Assembly: GCA_963667255.1 (NCBI GenBank)
Contig: OY762940.1
Location: 960,001 to 1,024,000, forward strand
Reading direction: 5' to 3'
Length of the DNA stretch: 64,000 bases
Origin: Candidatus Cloacimonadota bacterium
Lineage (GTDB): Bacteria; Cloacimonadota; Cloacimonadia; G963667145
The position numbers and the translations under genes were made by a program. The notes below the pieces were generated by a model. That model was not told where the DNA came from and searched no databases. It saw nothing but the letters and a program-made list of their open reading frames with translations. Shown piece by piece: positions 59,633-64,000 of the stretch (position 1 is its first letter; every line of letters starts with the position of its first letter).

Positions 59633-60930
59633 TCTTCGCTTTTCTCCAAAATTGCCACCGTTTCTATGTGGTGCGTATAGGGAAACATGTCGAAAGGTTG
59701 AATCTTTTTCACCGCAAATCCGATATTCTCAAGTCGTTGGACATCTCGCAACAAGGTCACGGGATTACAACTTATGTAAATTATTCTGGGGATTGCATCG
59801 CATTTTTCGATGATACTCTTATCCAGTCCACTTCTTGGTGGGTCAAAAATTGTCCAATCGGCTTTGCCAGCGATTTGTAAATTATTCAAAAAATTTTCGA
59901 CTTTTTCGTGGGAAAATTTCACATTTTCGCAGGAGTTCATTCGGATATTTTCTTGCAAATTTTTTATGGAAAAGGGATTTTCTTCCACACAATAAACGGT
60001 CTTCAGCTTGTCCGCCAGATAAATCCCAATCGTCCCGACACCGCTGTAGGCATCGATAACGGTGGAATTTCCCTCAACGCAATTTTTCACAAAATCGTAA
60101 AGTTTTTCAGTTTGAGCTAAGTTTATCTGAAAAAAACTGTTTGCATCTACTTTGAACACCTTGTTTTTAATCTTGTAGAGCAGAAAATCTTGTCCGTCCA
60201 ATGTTGTGTTTTCGTTTCCCAAGACTTCGCTGGTTTTGTTGGTGTTTAAGACGATTCCCCTTATTTGTGGAAATTTTTCTTTTAGATTGCTCACGAGAGT
60301 TTTGATGAATGGAAGTTTCTTGTTTTTTGCTACCAAGATAACCAAAATTTCTCCCAATTCGTTTATTTTGAAACCAACCGATTTCAAAGAGCCGGTGTCC
60401 CTCTTTTCATCGTATATTTTCACCTTTGATTTTTTGATATACTCTTCAACTTCACTTATAATTTCGTGAAAAACCTTGGGATGTAATATGCAATCTTGGG
60501 AATTTATGACATTGTGCGAATTTTTCTCGAACATTCCGATAGTGCCGTCTGCCGAAATCGGGAAAAAGCTTTTGTTTCTGTAATGGGAATTTTTGGGAGA
60601 TGAGACAATTTTCTCAATTTCATATTCTGAGAACAGCTCTTCCATGCTGGATTGCTTGAGTTTTAGTTGATTTTCGTAGCTGACATCAAGCCAAATGCAA
60701 CCGCCACAGATGTTGCAATATTTGCAGTCGGTTTTCTCTGTTCTTAGTTTTGATTTTTTGGCAAAAGACTCTATTTGGGTAAAAAGCAGATTTTTTTTGG
60801 AATGGTAAATTTTGGCATTTACGATGTCGCCTTTTATTCCGCCAACGACAAAAGCAGTCTTACTCTCGTGGTAGCCGATGCCAAATCCGTTTATGGTCAT
60901 TTTTTCGATTAATAAATTTTCTATCGTCAT
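59629..60930 (-). CDS. rlmD: 23S rRNA (uracil-C5)-methyltransferase RlmD family
   Basis: TRAM domain, CxxCxxCGGC, SFFQIN, DPPRSG, YISCNP and FDMFP..HIE motifs. Confidence 0.92.
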   Translation of the reverse strand: MTIENLLIEKMTINGFGIGYHESKTAFVVGGIKGDIVNAKIYHSKKNLLFTQIESFAKKSKLRTEKTDCKYCNICGGCIWLDVSYENQLKLKQSSMEELFSEYEIEKIVSSPKNSHYRNKSFFPISADGTIGMFEKNSHNVINSQDCILHPKVFHEIISEVEEYIKKSKVKIYDEKRDTGSLKSVGFKINELGEILVILVAKNKKLPFIKTLVSNLKEKFPQIRGIVLNTNKTSEVLGNENTTLDGQDFLLYKIKNKVFKVDANSFFQINLAQTEKLYDFVKNCVEGNSTVIDAYSGVGTIGIYLADKLKTVYCVEENPFSIKNLQENIRMNSCENVKFSHEKVENFLNNLQIAGKADWTIFDPPRSGLDKSIIEKCDAIPRIIYISCNPVTLLRDVQRLENIGFAVKKIQPFDMFPYTHHIETVAILEKSED

Positions 60931-61122
60931 AATTCGCTCATTTTGCGGTCTATTTTGTAAAAATTATGAATGAAAAAGCGAAAATAGTGTCAACATAATT
61001 AAGATTAGTTTGAGATTTATCAGGTCAATTTAGCTTGACATCACAGGCTTTTTTTACTGAATATCTTCATCGAATGTTTGTCACTTTTGGTATTGTTTGT
61101 GCTTTTTTAAAAATAGGGGAAA

Positions 61123-61713
61123 ATGGTAATGAGCGAAAGATTGGTAGATTTGACGGTCGAGGTCAACAAGGGGATTTTGCAGGAAGCCCTCGGCAACGAG
61201 AAAATGGTGAGTTTCGGGCATCAGGGGACACACTTTGATTCTATGGACAAGGTTTTCCCGATTGATTATTCTATTCGAGATGCCGTGGTTTTTGATGTTT
61301 CTGCTGTGCAAAACGGCGAGATAGCGGTGCAACATTTGGATACCACTCTTATCAAAGAGGGAGAGTTTGTCGCTTTTTACACAGGATTTATTGAAAAAAT
61401 TGGCTACGGTTCCAAGGAGTATTTTACCAACCATCCTTATTTGTCGTGGGAACTCATCGATTTTTTATTGGAGAAAAAAGTGGCGATTATCGGCGTGGAT
61501 TTTGCAGGTGTCAGACGAGGAAAGGAGCATACTCCCACAGACCAAAAGTGTGCTGACAGGGGAGTTTTCATTGTGGAAAATCTTTGCAATTTGGCGAATG
61601 TGTTGCAAAAAAAATCTTCGGCTATGTTTATCGCTTACACTTTCCCCATCAAATTTTCCGGATTGACCGGTTTGCCTTGCAGAGTCATCGGCAGTCTGCC
61701 TAAAGTGGATTGA
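61123..61713 (+). CDS. Cyclase/kynurenine formamidase family protein
   Basis: HQGTHFD, IIGVD, IVENL and GLPCRV motifs. Confidence 0.88.
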   Translation: MVMSERLVDLTVEVNKGILQEALGNEKMVSFGHQGTHFDSMDKVFPIDYSIRDAVVFDVSAVQNGEIAVQHLDTTLIKEGEFVAFYTGFIEKIGYGSKEYFTNHPYLSWELIDFLLEKKVAIIGVDFAGVRRGKEHTPTDQKCADRGVFIVENLCNLANVLQKKSSAMFIAYTFPIKFSGLTGLPCRVIGSLPKVD

Positions 61714-62957
61714 TTTCCCCCAAGATGATTACATATTTATTGATTTTTCTGATAGTTATAGCTGTTCTCAATTTGCTTATTTTGCTGTTTAAAAACAATG
61801 GGGCGAATTTTATTAGTAAGCAAGACGAATTTCAAAAAAGTTTGATAGAGCTAAAAACGATTTTGGAGTTGATAGAAAAGCAAAATAAGGACGCTTTTGC
61901 TTTGGCGAGAGCGGAAGCCAATCAATCAGCCAAGGACAATCGTCAAGAGTTGCAGACCTCCTTGGAGCAATTTCAGAAGAGATTTGCAACCGAGATTAAG
62001 TCTATTGCTGAGGATATTGAAAAGCAGTTGCGATTTATTCGTGAGGACAATACCAAGCAATTAGACCAGATGCGAAAAACTGTGGACGAGCGGTTGCAGA
62101 CGACTCTTGAGAAGAGATTGGGAGAGTCTTTCAAGCAGGTTTCCTTGCGACTTGAGCAGGTTCACAAGGGACTGGGAGAGATGCAAACTATTGCCAGTGG
62201 AGTCGGCGACCTCAAGAAAGTTTTGACCAATGTTAAGACTAGAGGTGTTTTGGGCGAGTATCAGTTGGAAAATATTTTGGAGCAGATACTTACTCCAGAG
62301 CAATATTCCAAGAATGTCGCTACCAAAAAGGGCTCTTTGGCTAATGTTGAGTTTGCTATCAAGTTGCCTGGCAAAGATTCCGATAAAAATATTTGGCTTC
62401 CCATAGACTCCAAGTTTCCGATTGAGGACTACCATTTGCTGTTGGATGCTTATGATAAGGGAGATAAGGCGGAAATTTTGGCGATACAGAATTTGCTTTT
62501 GCGGAAGATTGAGGGCTTTGCCAAAGATATAAGTTCCAAATATATCAATCCGCCGAACACCACAGATTTTGCGATTATGTTCTTGCCTGTTGAGGGTTTG
62601 TATGCCGAGGTTCTTCGTCATTCTGGTCTCTTTGAGGTTTTGCAGAATAAGTATAAGATTATCGTTACCGGTCCAACCACTCTATCGGCTGTGCTGAACA
62701 GTTTGCAAATTGGCTTCAGAACATTGGCTGTGCAGAAACGCAGTAGTCAGGTTTGGGATGTTTTGAAAGAGGTTAAATACGAATTTGAACAGTTCAGTGC
62801 TATCTTGGTAAAGGCTCACAGGCAATTGGGCACGGCTTCCGGCACTTTGGAAAACCTAATCACCACTCGGACAAATGTGATGGAGAGAAAATTGCGAGGT
62901 GTGGAACAAGTGGACAAATTGGAAGATAAATTGATTGAAAATTTAGAAAATAGTTGA
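61710..62957 (+). CDS. rmuC: DNA recombination protein RmuC
   Basis: NVKTRGVLGE, PIDSKFP, TTDFAIMFLP and GPTTL motifs. Confidence 0.93.
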   Translation: MISPKMITYLLIFLIVIAVLNLLILLFKNNGANFISKQDEFQKSLIELKTILELIEKQNKDAFALARAEANQSAKDNRQELQTSLEQFQKRFATEIKSIAEDIEKQLRFIREDNTKQLDQMRKTVDERLQTTLEKRLGESFKQVSLRLEQVHKGLGEMQTIASGVGDLKKVLTNVKTRGVLGEYQLENILEQILTPEQYSKNVATKKGSLANVEFAIKLPGKDSDKNIWLPIDSKFPIEDYHLLLDAYDKGDKAEILAIQNLLLRKIEGFAKDISSKYINPPNTTDFAIMFLPVEGLYAEVLRHSGLFEVLQNKYKIIVTGPTTLSAVLNSLQIGFRTLAVQKRSSQVWDVLKEVKYEFEQFSAILVKAHRQLGTASGTLENLITTRTNVMERKLRGVEQVDKLEDKLIENLENS

Positions 62958-63009
62958 CTATATCGCCTTGTTTTGTGCGTTCTACAGATGCGGAGGAAAT
63001 TTGAAATTT

Positions 63010-64000
63010 ATGAAAAAATTTATATCATTGGTGATTCTCGGTTTGCCGTTTTGCCTTTTCGCAGGCGACTTCACTTTCACGGGTAAAGGTGCTGCCGGAT
63101 CTATCACTCTCAACGACGAAATTTATAACAAGGTTGCGTTGGCACCTGAGTTTTCCGTGTGGAAATTCGCTTTGGGTCTGAATATCGAGCTTTTGTTTGA
63201 TAAAGACGGTAACATTTACAAGGACGATTGGGATGAAGCCGAAGATTATGCGGACAAAGTTTTATACCTTCGTTTTGCTCAAAAAGGTGACCCTTTCTAT
63301 TTCTTGTTCGGCAATATAAATTCCTACACTTTGGGCAACGGGCTCATTATGAAAAATTACACCAACACTTTGCTTTATCCCGACAATCGCAAATTGGGTG
63401 CGATGGTTGGTTTCAATGTCAAAAATTGGTCTGTTGAACTTTTTTCCTCCGATGTGATGGAGAACGACATTATGGCTACCAGAGTCGGCTATTCTCCGTG
63501 GAGTAGATTGCAAATCGGTTTGTCTGCGGCTGCGGATTTAGACCAATACAATGGGATTGTTGACCAAGACGGTGACGGCTATCCCGACATTTACGACGAT
63601 TACCCCTCAGACAAAGATTATTATGACACTTATCAAAAAAGCAAATCTAAATTGAAAGAGGTGTGGACTGGGACTGATGAGGCATTTGAAGAATATTTTA
63701 AAAAATTAGTGGCATCTAATAACCACAAAACAGTTAGTCAGTTGAAAAGTAAAGCTGGTTCTGATAAGGCGATTTACGAGATAGGTGCTGATTACACAGT
63801 GGACATTTATCGCGGGCGGACACTTTTTGTGCAACACTATGGCGAGGTTGCTCAGATTGTCGATCACGGCTATGGATTTGTCTTCCCTGGATTTATTGCC
63901 AAGTTCTTCATTTTTGATTTGAATGTGGGATTTAGGCATTATGCCGACGAATTTACCGCTCCGTATTTTGGCACTCTCTATGACCAAAATAGGATAAAGC
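63010..64000 (+). CDS. Partial secreted/outer-membrane protein with a Ca-binding TSP3-like motif (runs off window)
   Basis: Manual translation MKKFISLVILGLPFCLFAG... is open toward the window end and contains DQDGDGYPDIYDDYP. It is absent from the ORF track because no stop lies in the window. Confidence 0.75.
   Translation, partial: MKKFISLVILGLPFCLFAGDFTFTGKGAAGSITLNDEIYNKVALAPEFSVWKFALGLNIELLFDKDGNIYKDDWDEAEDYADKVLYLRFAQKGDPFYFLFGNINSYTLGNGLIMKNYTNTLLYPDNRKLGAMVGFNVKNWSVELFSSDVMENDIMATRVGYSPWSRLQIGLSAAADLDQYNGIVDQDGDGYPDIYDDYPSDKDYYDTYQKSKSKLKEVWTGTDEAFEEYFKKLVASNNHKTVSQLKSKAGSDKAIYEIGADYTVDIYRGRTLFVQHYGEVAQIVDHGYGFVFPGFIAKFFIFDLNVGFRHYADEFTAPYFGTLYDQNRIK

Overview
Low-GC bacterial chromosome segment. 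The 16S signatures and anaerobe-type gene content loosely suggest Candidatus Cloacimonadota, but this is an unverified impression. The window has a housekeeping backbone: Mo-hydroxylase subunit, fur-feoA-feoB-feoA-feoC, DUF2723, valS, mutS2, yraN, trmO, U32 protein, xpt, aldehyde dehydrogenase, psuK/psuG, metE, rsgA, rlmD and rmuC. It also has one complete rRNA operon (16S, tRNA-Ile, tRNA-Ala, 23S, 5S) and several AT-rich accessory islets: a KAP NTPase split by an IS3, a two-dynamin Eleos/LeoA-type locus behind an (AGTTC)22 microsatellite, a decaying surface-polysaccharide locus, and an unknown two-gene cassette split by an IS256-like element nested inside itself. The standout is the rRNA operon. 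Four different variable helices of the 23S gene (approx. H10, H15, H25, H45) carry insertions bounded by the same ~20-bp inverted repeat (CAAGCACCTATTTTTA...TAAAAATAGGTGCTTG). One of them encodes an 84-aa GIY-YIG nuclease, three are ~80-bp ORF-less derivatives, and a minimal hairpin with the same termini sits in 16S V2. This looks like an autonomous/non-autonomous family of rRNA-helix-targeting intervening elements. A second, unrelated cassette (four-helix-bundle gene in a heptamer-repeat stem) sits between tRNA-Ile and tRNA-Ala.
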